Assembly: GCF_026210795.1 (NCBI RefSeq) | Contig: NC_089434.1 | Location: 1,116,001 to 1,180,000, forward strand | DNA length: 64,000 bases | From: Rhizophagus irregularis | Lineage: Eukaryota | Direction: 5' to 3' | Shown: piece by piece, positions 14,131 through 26,003 of the stretch | Layout of the letters: each line of letters opens with the position of its first letter | Position numbering within the stretch: the stretch's first letter is position 1 | Made by a program: the position numbers and the translations under genes | Notes under the pieces: model-generated | What the model saw: the letters and a program-made list of their open reading frames with translations, nothing else | Databases searched by the model: none | Told to the model about the DNA's origin: nothing

Positions 14131-15079
14131 GTAATTTTTTGACATTTGATTTGTAATATCTAATATTAGATTTATAATTTTTTAATATTAATATTTTTCA
14201 TTTAAGGGAATCCACATACCCAAATTCTTTGTGAAGTGGCTAATTTTTACTTATTAAATATTTTTTTTTTATTGTTATACTTGCCACTATTTCTTTACCT
14301 CATAACAAAATCAAAAAAAGCCTAGAAAACGAAATAAATAAATTATAAAAGATCCTGATTTATATATGTAAAAATCTGAGCATCTCCTCAAAGAAAAGAA
14401 CATTTTAGGCAACAATGTATTGCATCAAATATAAAACCATTAGAATGTAGTAAATAAAAAAATATTGATAAATAAGGTAAAAATATAAATACAATAAATA
14501 CAAACTTATGAAAAAACAAGATCAAATACAATAGTAATATAATAGAAAGATAACAAATAATGATAACTAGAACAATGAAATAACAACTAGCACTGGTAGA
14601 AAGGCAACTAGTATTAGTGATATAACTATTAGCACTAGTAAGAAGACAACCAGAATAAGATTTCTATGATAATGTAAAAAATCCTAACATGAAAAAATTA
14701 TATTCAAATTATTAATTGTTTTCTCAATTTCTTTCATATTATCAATGGTAAATAAATACTACCACCTAACACAAAAATGTCAAACTAATATTACAAAGTC
14801 ATAATTTGAATACAAAAAAATTTAAGATACAAAAGACAATAAAACTCAGATGCTAAAGAAAATAGAACTGAAGAAAAAGTGAAGAACTGAAGGTAAAAAC
14901 AGAGATACTGCTGCAAATTCTGCTGTAGCAGAAAATTTTATTTCAAATATACTTTATTAATAAAAATGCCTCAGGATACTCTCAGGAGTCAGGACTAAAG
15001 TTATTTATAGAATTTAAGGTTTGAAGATTACATCTATATCAAATACACATTTAAGCTGGATATTAATAAATAGTTTGAC

Positions 15080-16399
15080 GCCATCATCTTACTACTTCCA
15101 ATTGTTTCAATTCCATAAAAATTAAAAATTCCAAGTAAAAAATTGAATTTGAATTATAATCTTGATTATTAGATAGCCAATTATAAATTTCTTGTGGATT
15201 TATATTTTAATCAAGAAAATCAAAAACTTCCTTCTTTAATGAATAATGATTTCTATTATTTAGAATTTCAAAAATAAATTCTGTAATATTATGGTAAAAT
15301 ATTTTGGCTAATAATTTGATTACTTGTTGATGTCGTGAATTTCATTATTTCTTTTGTATTTCAATTATAATACCATTTTCATAAATAAATAAAAAAATGG
15401 TAAACTTACCAGTATAAAGCTTAACATATTCAATAGGAAGTATCAGGAACAGTGGTTTCTCTATGACCTTGTACAATTTGGAAGGCTAAACTACTATCAT
15501 ATGACTCTCCTTCCACATAAAAAGGTGGTTTACCATTTGATATAATTTCCCATAAAAGTACGCCTACACTGTATACGTCACTCTTCTTATTTAAAGAATA
15601 AAATCTATTACTGAAATTTTTTTGGATCCAAATAAGGATTACACCAAATAAATCTTTTTTCTTTTTAGTCAATGCTTCGATTCCTTTTCCAATTTAATAG
15701 TATCTTGATTGACTAATACATTATAAGAATGCTATAATAAGAAAATATAATATAAATTGTTAAGGTAAAATAATATAAATTGATGTAATAATATTTTATC
15801 AATAAATTGAATGAATTACCAAATCGCGATGTATTATGTCTTCATCATGCAAGCATGATACGGCACTAGCCAACTGAAAAGCAAGTTTAAGTTTATCTTC
15901 TCATGTAAGATTCTCGAAATTTCTTTCAAATAATTGTTAAGAGAATCACCATCAGCGTACTCCATTACTAAAAGATATTTCTTAATGCTGTTACTTTGAT
16001 TCTCTAAAATAATAAAGAATTTATCACTTTAAATAAATTATAATATAATAATACACATTATTTTTTTTTAAAAAATATTTTATTAATTAATTACCTTGAC
16101 CTGAAATAGTAAACTCCATAAAAGCTAATAATGTTATTATGGAAAGTAACTTCACGTTGAAGTTCAATCTATTTGAATTATACATAAAATAAATATGAAT
16201 ATAAATTATTTATTTACCAATACATATTTTATAATCACCTCATGATCAATATTAAGAAGAGATTTTAACGCAAAATATTGATACGATTTTTTCCAAACCG
16301 GTACCAATTTCTTGAATATTTTTTATATTCGTAATGTTTAATATGTTTTTTAGCAATAGCTTCATCTATCCACTTAAATAATTTGTTCATTTAAGACAT
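15080..16399 (-). pseudogene. TKL-like protein kinase pseudogene (multi-exon)
   Basis: WIDEAIAKKHIKHYE, LVMEYADG, IIHRDL|HSYNVLV, KKSDVYSVGVLLWEI motifs with GT-AG introns. Stop right after the ATG, DFG segment deleted, frameshifts. Confidence 0.85.
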
Positions 16400-17506
16400 T
16401 TTGAATATGTAAATAATATTGTTATGGAAAAGTTATATTTATTCAAGTACGAAAAAAAAAAGAGAAAAAAAGTTTTTTATTATACAATTGCAGGTCGATT
16501 ATTTGAATATTAAAAAAATCTGATTTTAATCACATGAGCTATCATCATATTGCATATTTCACGTATTAAACTATGGTGGAATTAAGAATAAGTTTGGCAC
16601 GTTCATTAATATTTTTCAATAAATATATGATTTATAATCAATTTCGTATAGTTCCTGTTTTTTTGTTAGTAGTATTTATGAAAAAAACTTTTGCCTTGAT
16701 GAGAATTAATGTTATGTTAATCTTCTATTTTGTTACGTTTACGATAGGCTGCGGAAATCACCTGACCTGTGTATTTTGGTGACCCTAAAAAAGGCCCAAT
16801 CATTGATACGCCCAATAAAATAGTTAAAAATAATGGTGTAGGTCTCAATGAAATCTAAGTGATGTAGAAAAAACGGATTACAAAATAAGTTTAGTATAAG
16901 ACCAAATAATAATAAAAATCTAACCCAGAATTTCAATTTTTTACTGAGGTCAGCCGGATATTCATTCATGTGACTCAGCCGATCATTGAATAAGAATATA
17001 GACGCTTTATAAGAAATTTCCATTTAATATTTTACTTTGTTATACATTTTTGATCTTTTTGATTGGGCCGTTGTATTATATTATTTCAATGATAATTTCA
17101 TTTCATTCTATTTTGATAAGTAAATACATGTACATTCGTTATATACTATAAAGAGACACTTTGTTTTACCCATTCAATCATATGTGATGATGATCCCGTT
17201 AAATTTGCTTTCAAATAAATTATTACGTTTTACATAAACAATAAATTATGTAACAAAAAATCCCTTTACAAACAATACAAATTTAAACACAAAGATATAT
17301 TTTATTTTTAAACATATTTGTACTATTATTATTAAAGAAATTTTCGATTAATCCAACAGTTTCAGAATTCATTTATAAATGATTAAAAAGATTAAGTAAT
17401 CAAGAATTCAAGATATATAATAAAACATTTTATTAAAAAGTGACTGGTAAATTTATTCATCATATAATACAAAAATTTTACTTGCACAATTTTCAAATTT
17501 TCATAA

Positions 17507-18358
17507 ATGCGAGAAATCATTATGATCATTACGATCATCATCATCATCATACCCAATCTCGTTCTTGCTCAAAATGATAATTCCAAATATGATCCAAGTC
17601 AGGATGTTTTCGAGTTTTTAGTAAATGGTTTGACACCACTTTTAATTATCTTACTTTTTGATCGTTCCTCAAAAGATGGAAACCGATTTCAAATAATAAA
17701 TATAATCGATGATTGTCTTATGGTACTCTTCGTGTTCGCTTTTCCACCATATTATAATTATATATTTTATTCAACACAATCAAATTTGGAGAAAATTAAA
17801 TGGTTCTTATATTCTCTTATTAATATAATTGGTTTAATATGTAGTTTACAATTTTATAAGAAAAAAAAGACCGCACCTTTCTGGATTTTTACTTTTCCTT
17901 TTATCGCATTATTTTCTATCACTTTAGTAAGAAATGTAAGGAATAAACATTTTGATCGACCACCTACGAATTGTACTCAAAAATTTGAGGAAATAAATTG
18001 TATAATAACTTTATATATTATATATTTTATCATTTTTATTTATATCAACATAATTAGTCTTTATATAATTATGTATCATTGTTTAAAAAAATCATGTCAA
18101 AGATTAATAAATTTTATAAGAATAGCATACACAACCTCACTTATTATAATTATTCTTTTAGAAGGTTATATAGTTGCCGTATTACTTAGTAATAGTGTTT
18201 ATTTAACTAAAGGATTATTAGGATTAATTGCTTTAGGAATTAGTAGAATAATTGAACATACTAGAGATCAGAAAGATAATGTTAATACTATGGTTTCTAA
18301 AATTATTAATGCACATTATTTTATGAAAGAGGATGATGATATTGACTCAATTACATAA
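17507..18358 (+). CDS. Hypothetical multi-pass membrane protein with a probable signal peptide (283 aa)
   Basis: Intact single-exon ORF. Hydrophobic N-terminus ending VLA-Q, about six to seven further hydrophobic segments, acidic C-terminal tail. Confidence 0.7.
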   Translation: MREIIMIITIIIIIIPNLVLAQNDNSKYDPSQDVFEFLVNGLTPLLIILLFDRSSKDGNRFQIINIIDDCLMVLFVFAFPPYYNYIFYSTQSNLEKIKWFLYSLINIIGLICSLQFYKKKKTAPFWIFTFPFIALFSITLVRNVRNKHFDRPPTNCTQKFEEINCIITLYIIYFIIFIYINIISLYIIMYHCLKKSCQRLINFIRIAYTTSLIIIILLEGYIVAVLLSNSVYLTKGLLGLIALGISRIIEHTRDQKDNVNTMVSKIINAHYFMKEDDDIDSIT

Positions 18359-19785
18359 AGTAATGTATATATTATATTATTATTATAAAAAGTTGGAAAT
18401 TAAAACTTTTTTTCTATTTTCAAAATTTATTCACATTACAAATTTTTTTAACATTTTACAACATAATAATTAAAATGTCAACATTATAAACAATTTAATA
18501 AGCAAATATTACACGAATTCCATTCTAGGGAAATAAGGAACGGTTATAATTGAAAAAGGAAGCATTGTTTCATTGTGAATAATGCGCTTTTTCAATCGGA
18601 AATTCATTTCCAAAATAAGTTTATCACGTGATAATTAGAATTTATTAACAAGTGCCCATTTTATTTTCAATATTTAAATATTTAAATATTATTTTTTTTT
18701 GATTTATATGAAGAATATTAGATATGTGTACACGTTATTTAAAAGTTTTTATTGATTGAAATCAGTTATCAATGTAAAAAAAAAAAATTTTTAAAATTTG
18801 TATATATTAAAATGTAAGCATTAGTTATAACTTGACATAGCAATACATAAAAGATTTATTATATGTTACATAATTAAAATTAATTTAAATTTTCAGAACT
18901 AATAATAGTGCAGCCGTGAAAACCATTAATATCCACGAAATAACTATTACTATAATTTAATAAATATTACCAGAAAAAGTTAGTAAAAAAAAAATAATAA
19001 ATGAATCAGAAAGAGAAGACGTTTGTCGTAGCTCGACCCATAAATAACAATACATATGTATAGTATTAATATAGGTTACAAAAAAAAATAAAGAAAAATA
19101 TATAAAAAAAAAAGAAAAAGAAAAAAAGAAAAAAAGGAATAATAAAAAAAACATTAATGCAAAGAAGATTTCAGTGCACGATCTCATATTTTTTAATACA
19201 TAATATTTGCCATTCCCATTTTCTGCAGATCGTTTGCGGTTGACGAGTTAAATAAAGAAAAATAAATTTTTTAGTACGATCTGCTACGGCCATTCATACT
19301 ATCCCAAAGAGGACTGATAGCCGAAAAGTTTTCCAACCATAATAAAAAAAAAGGGATTGATTGGGCGCAGGCATGTTACAGGTTTCCATGTTACACGTTC
19401 AAAATTTACGTGGCATTAATTATTATATTCGATTTATTTGGTAAGTGCCGGAAATCTCGGGGAAAATTAAGTTTAGTCATAAATCCACAAGTAATATTGG
19501 TATAGAGTAGAAATTTATCGTCATTTTCGGGAATTTAAAAGAAATTTTCCTTTAATTAAATATAATGCCAAGCCAATTTTGGCATCTATACTATATCTCA
19601 GGATAAAATGCGATTGGTACTAATTTTATTGGTACTTCAAAGATTTTTACCTTTCTATTTTGATTTTTTTTATGTATGTAATCATTAAATTAAATTATCA
19701 TCTAACCTTTATTTTTACATATATAAGAGCCGAAACTTCCCAAACCTTTTTTTATCAATTTTACTATTTAATAGTTTTTAAAAAC

Positions 19786-20683
19786 ATGATTTCTACAATT
19801 ATCTCATCTTTTGAAATTTCTAATATCCCTTCTCTATTGATAATTTCTTCAATTATCTATGTAACTCATTTTTATGATTGTTATTTTACTCGTCCTAACC
19901 CTTTACCAGGTCCATTTCCACTTCCAATTATTGGAAATGCTTATCAACAAATTAGATATGGAGTTGATAATTGGTTATTATCATTACATAAAAAATATGG
20001 TGATATGTATGAAATAATTTTAGCAGGTGAGCGTATGATAATACTATGTAGACCCGATTTAATTGCATGAAAATATGAATATACCTTTATACCTTCAACA
20101 AAGTCTAAATAACCTATCAGATAATACGGAAGGATTCGCGGAATATGGACTTGATGGTGTAGGAGTAGCATTAAATAATGATCTTAAATCTTGGAAATAT
20201 AATCGTCAATTTTTTAGTCAAGTAATAATGACTCCAAGTTTCAATTATCAAGCTATTGAATGGACAAATGATTTATGGAATGAAATGGATTCTTATTTGA
20301 ACAAACTTGGTGAAGATTATGAATTAGACCTTATAAAATGGATGCGTAGATTTACAAATGAAATGATTTTTAAAATTGCTACTGGAACGAAAAATGATGC
20401 TATTGCTTCTTATTATAATATGTTAATTAATTATAATAATAATTCTTTAAATAAAAAATTAAATGAATCTAAAAATTTCATTGAATCAATTGAAACTTAT
20501 TTACCAGGAATATTTTATTTTTTCGCTTTTAATAAGTTTAGTCGTAATTATATTCCATTTATTCGTGGAAAAGCTAAGAAATTATTGAAAAATAAAGATT
20601 ATTTATTTGATAAATTATACACCATTGTTAAAGAAAGAAGGATTGAGATTGAATATACACCATTAGATCAACCACTTCGTCAT
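19786..20683 (+). pseudogene. Cytochrome P450 pseudogene (5' half only)
   Basis: Membrane anchor, then RPNPLPGPFPLPIIGN, HKKYGDMYEI, WKYNRQFF, IVKERRIEIEYTPLDQPLRH. Small insertions near 20066-20095 shift the frame. P450-like sequence stops at 20683, with no ExxR or heme Cys motif. Confidence 0.9.
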
Positions 20684-21737
20684 AAAGATCACACAAAAAT
20701 TGAACATTTTCTATATCCTAAATTTAAGTTGTACAAAAATTGCATACTTTTAATATGCTTTGAAAAACTTCATAGCTATTTTTATCCAAAAATCTGCAAT
20801 AATTGTACAATTTTCACACGGACTTGAACAAATATTGTACAAAAATTGGATGATTTTTTTTCATAGGGGTTTAAATAATTCTTCAGATATCAGTGACGAT
20901 TTTTTAAATGAGGTAAATAACTTGTATATATAGATAACATAATAGATAGCTAGGTTGACTTAATACAGAGAATATTTTTTAGTAGAGAATTAATAACTAC
21001 ATTTTAAGCATTATGGAAATTTAGTCAAATGTTATAATATTTAATAAGAACAACATACGATATCATTTTGAGAAGACATGTTTTTGAAAAAATTTTTTTA
21101 ATAAAAAGGTTTTATATTTCTTAGTTATCTTAGTTACATTTCGGACTAATAATTTTATGAATCTTAACCTTATCTTTTCTTTTTCGCTTAGTCTCGTATG
21201 ACTAAAAATTGCTGTGATATTTTTATTATCCCATAATGACATAATCATCTTACTTAACCACATCTTGATAAAATTCATCAATACTCATATTTTCCTAAAC
21301 TGGAAGTCCTTCCCAGCCAAAAACTGATTCGGAATGATATTTTACATTTTTAAATGATCTGATAATTTATAATTTATATCAATTTATTTCGTGATAATCA
21401 TATGATATACAAAATACAATAAAAAAAAAATACATATAAAAAAATTCCCGTATCATTTTTAAATTTTATGAGAATCTAAAATTTTTTTTTTGCCCAGCCT
21501 AACATTTACGTAATTCGTAAAGTCTATTTTGTATTTCTGTTACATTTTTGCAATTTTACACTTTCTTGAAGAATTTACAGGACGTTGAGTATTTAACGAG
21601 TTTTGAAAAATTGGTAAAGGTGACCCAAAACATATACATTGTTAAATTTATAGCTATATTAGTTACATTAGTACTAAATTTAATCTTTTCTATTTATAAT
21701 TCAAATTAATACCATCGAGCATCATCATATATTAAAT

Positions 21738-23620
21738 TCAATTTTCTTTTCTTTGAAATATACTCAAAGAATTTAATAATCTACTAGTATAAATTGCTCC
21801 AGGGTGAGTTTTTATAGCATATTCAGGGCCAAGCTTCCTTTTTTCTATTAATTTTAGTCGTGTTGTTTCAGCTTCATAAAATTGGTCAATATCTTTTATC
21901 TTATGCACCCACATACCAATAGTTTTTCGAATTTCTTTTATATGTGGTCTTTTTGAAGAATCAGAATCCCAACATTTTTTCATTAAATTAGCAAAACATT
22001 CAGGAGTATCATTTGTTATTTCAGGTTGCTTTCCATCAATAATTTCAAGAATAAGATCAGTATAGGACCCGAAATATATATATAGAAAGGTCGGAGGCAG
22101 CCAAAAAATTTTTACTAATAGCTGTGCGCATTCTTTCAGGGCAGGAATTATGATAATTTTGGCGAGTGATCAAAAAAGGAAATATCTTTTCACCGGGAAT
22201 TATCTAAAAAAGGAAAGATTTTCATGATTTTTTTTGGCTGGTTGTACAAACTCGGATCTGACCTTTTTATGGGTCCTATCAGTATCATGTTCAGAATCAG
22301 CGAAAGGTTTACAACCTGAAGTTAATTCCCACATAATCATACCCATACTATAAATATCCGATTCTTTTGAAAATGCTTTATCAATAAATATTTCTGGAGC
22401 AACATAAGGTATTACTCCATATATATTGTTATTTGATGAAGTTATATTTACAGGGCATGAATAATCCTAAGTCTCCAATGTGCCATTTATGACTTGTAGA
22501 GTATTCATTTTTGACTGATATATTTCCGCTATGTAAATCTCTATGTATATAATTCTCTTCATGAATGCAATCAACTCTAAGACAAAGCAATAAAGTTAAT
22601 TAACATTATATAATAACTAATAATAATTAATAAATAAATACCCTCTTAAAATTTCTAATATAATGGCCAACTTGACATTCCATGTAATATCTTTAAAGCA
22701 ATAATTATGTAAATCTCCTCCATTTGCATATTGCATTATTATCATATGGTCTCGTGTTTCAGGATCTTGTGTAATGCCATAATATTTAATAATATATTCA
22801 AATCTATTATGATATTGATCAAATGATTTTAACTAATATATAAGGTAGTTGTTGGTTAATTTAATTAGGTAATACTGTAATAGAAATAAAAGATTAACTT
22901 TACATATTTACCTCATTAATAAAATCTTTACTGATATCCTGTGAATTTAAAAATTTTTTTGCAGCAACAATACTACTACTATATGATTCTAAACTTTTAT
23001 TATTCCAAGTTGCTTTATAAATAATACTGAATCCTCCTCCTGCTATTTTTTCAAAATCTTCAGTTTCAGAATACAACTAATTTTAACTTTATTTTTAATG
23101 AACTCATATATTTTTAATGTACTATTCATATATTTAGCAAGTAGAATCAAGAAATTCATCTATATTATGATTTCCATTAATACTAATAGGTTCCACTCTT
23201 TTACATTTTATACATTGAGATTGGATTGTAAACCCAAAAGTAATATTTGTTGTTAAACAATATCCACATCAAATTATAAAACAATGCAAACACCATTTTT
23301 GACGGTGAGATTTATATTTAAAATATTCTCCACAAGTTATACAATTACTAGATGTATCCCACCAAGGTAGATATAGAATTAGAATTTTTGTTTAGTTAAA
23401 ATTGATTCTGTATATCCAGAAGAAACTGAATAACAATCCAAACACATGAAAAAAATTCTATATCAAGAAAATTTATACTTATTTAATATATTTCTTTTAA
23501 ATTTATCATCGACATAATTTCTTTATCATATTGATCCAAAAACAACCAAATTTATAAAAATGAATGGAAGGCAGGTATTAATTAAGATTTTTTTTCCGAT
23601 AATTTCTAATTAAGACAAAT
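21738..23620 (-). pseudogene. TKL-like kinase pseudogene with Cys-rich N-terminus, disrupted by a MITE
   Basis: LPWWD..CITCG..KWCLHC, IAGGGFSIIYKATW, YYGITQDPET, IHRDLHSGNI, GVIPYVAPE, MKKCWDSD, GAIYTSR. In-frame stops and the MITE at 22064-22277. Confidence 0.88.
22064..22277. mobile_element. AGGACC-family MITE, copy 3
   Basis: Termini AGGACCC / GGGTCCT. TSD ATCAGTAT (22056-22063, 22278-22285). Confidence 0.9.
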
Positions 23621-24634
23621 GCTAAATTATTATTTTAATGATTATAAAAACTACGTAACTTAAAAAATTTGATTATGTACAGTATTCCTTAGTGATTTAA
23701 ACGGATTAACGGAAATCATACTTAAAAGTTAATTATGAGATATAAATAAATATAAGTGATAAGATGAAAATAAAACAAAGAACAAATTAATCACATTTAT
23801 CAAAATTAAGTATAAAGTTTTCATATAGCAGTAAAGTAAAAACCAGCTATTTCGTTTATACTGTATATAATTTAAACTATTTCTTCCCTATCATACGTCA
23901 AATAAGCTATAATATACACATTATTAAGAATGTCATGCCATACGTATAAGTACTTTTTTAGTTATTACATATTGACCTTTTCTTTGATGAGAAATTTTTT
24001 TATGAAACAGATTCATATATTATATACTACAGTACATATGTGAAATTAGAAGTTATTAAATTATTATTTTTTTCTTTCATTAAAAAAAATCGGTATACAG
24101 CTTTCTAAAATAATCGTAAATTTTTTTTTTAATTAAAGAATTAATATAGCTTTAATTTAACGAGTTGCTTTTATTTAATTGGTTTTAGTTTTATTTAAGA
24201 ATGTTATTTATAAGCAACAATTAAAATGTCATGTGATACATAGTAAATAAAAATGTGGGCTCAGAACAAGCTATTAAAAATAAAAATAGAATCAAAAATT
24301 AATCGTAAATTAACTTATTAGTTTATATTTTTTTTGAAAGTGTCACAGCAAATTTTTAAAAAAATCAATTTTAGAATTTAATTCAAGTTACGGTACAAAA
24401 GTTTAAAGTTTGTTTTATCAATAATGCTCATCAATCATCATGGTCATTCCTGTTCAAAAATGTTTTAATATTTTCTATTCTCGAATGTTGTGAAAAAGAG
24501 ATTTACCGAGGATGACCTGTGAAGTACTAAATAAATTTAATACCAAATAATAATACCCTTTTATTCCCTTTTTATTCAATGCAATGTATACTTTAAAAAT
24601 TTTCCAAATCTTTATTTTATCGATTTGTGCAACA

Positions 24635-25322
24635 TAGAGTTTGGAACCGGATGCACCATCCAGTTTTTAAACCAGTTCCACCCGTTTTTTTACGATTCGG
24701 TTCAATCCGGATTCATGCTGCAAAAACCGGTTTGCGTTTAAAGCGAGTGCAACCGGGTGCTCAACCCGGTGTGATATTGAAACTTTATAGTGCCAGCCCG
24801 AATTACGAAATTATAAATCATGTGATACCGGATAAATAGTTTAGCCACTGGGATTTTTATCAGTTATAGAAAATTATGCTCTGGAATTGTATTACACAAG
24901 CTTTGTAATTCTGCCGAAATTATAAACTCAGCCAATTATATGCCGATCCCATTTAATTCTGGCCAAAATTACAGTGTACTGTACACTTGACAAATTCATG
25001 TGGGTTGTCGGCAAATAGAATTTTGTAATTTGTCACGTGTCCCGTACATTTTGAAATCAGTGTAAGCCAGATGCAAAAATGGAAACTCTAATAGATCATA
25101 GTAGAATTCCATAAGTTAACTGTTAATAATTGAAAACCAGGAACGTGACTTCAGATGCGGCTAACTATTACTTTATTATTTATTTATTATAATTAAACAA
25201 ATATAAAACCGGGTACAAAAATTGGTTTCAACCGGGTTTGTAAAAACCAATTTGAAAAGGGTCGAACCGGTTGCACCTGTTTTAAATCCGGTTTCCAAAA
25301 ATACAACCGGTTCCAAACTCTA
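24635..25322. mobile_element. Non-autonomous hAT-type element, same family as 2347-2827, opposite orientation, 688 bp
   Basis: TIRs TAGAGTTTGGAACCGG / CCGGTTCCAAACTCTA. 8-bp TSD GTGCAACA (24627-34, 25323-30). About 220 bp of extra internal sequence at ~24972-25190. Confidence 0.93.
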
Positions 25323-25738
25323 GTGCAACATGTTAAACAATGTCATAATGTCATATGGTGTACGCACATCATCATGACTGACTCTTCAGTCTCTTCACCG
25401 TACAATAATTACATAAAGAGAAAATTAAACAGTGAGCAATAAGTAGTATTATATTCATAAATTATTATATGCCCGCTTTTCAAATTGATTAATATATTTG
25501 GTATGATAATTGAAAGTTTCACTAAATTTTTTTGCCCTTATTAATGTGGCCATTACTAAAGTTTTCCAATTGTAATAATTACTAAATAAGAACTGAAAAT
25601 ATATTAGTATATCGCAAATTACTTTTATGAAATATATATAATCCTTATTTTTTCTGTTAATAGAATTGTAAATGTAACCTAAAATCTAATATTTATAGCT
25701 GAATAGCTCCAAGAAAATTTTATCATTTGTACCATTCA

Positions 25739-25840
25739 ATATGGCTCACTTGATAATCGAAATGTCGATTTTTTTTGGCTAAAATTAACGTTAATTTTGG
25801 CCAAAATGATTGACATTCCGATCATCAAATCCGCCCATAT
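25739..25840. repeat. 102-bp imperfect loopless palindrome upstream of the kinase
   Basis: ATATGG..TTGAT..TGTC..TTTTGG.AAAATTAAC|GTTAATTTT.GCCAAAA..GACA..ATCAA..CCATAT, symmetric about 25789/25790. Confidence 0.85.
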
Positions 25841-26003
25841 GTTGATAATATTTTGATCTGCATTGTACTGTATGACAAATTTATTGAGTAATAGTATTAT
25901 GTTACACTTAAAGAAAAATGGCGTAATTATAAATTATGGACACCTCTTTAATTAACGCCGATTATTGTTTTTTTTAAAAAAAAAAAACAAAAAAATTTAA
26001 ACC

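Noticed and set aside
16790..17075. GGCCCAATCA / TGATTGGGCC inverted pair, and TGTCCGAAGC / GCTTCGGACA at ~44570-44705
   Set aside because: Only 10-bp matches without TSDs. Probably decayed MITEs, but not supportable.
18957..19187. 76-aa Phe-rich ORF
   Set aside because: Translation of a poly-A/T low-complexity tract.
20684..20827. C-terminal part of the 254-aa ORF as P450 sequence
   Set aside because: Read-through into unrelated sequence after the truncation point, with no P450 motifs.
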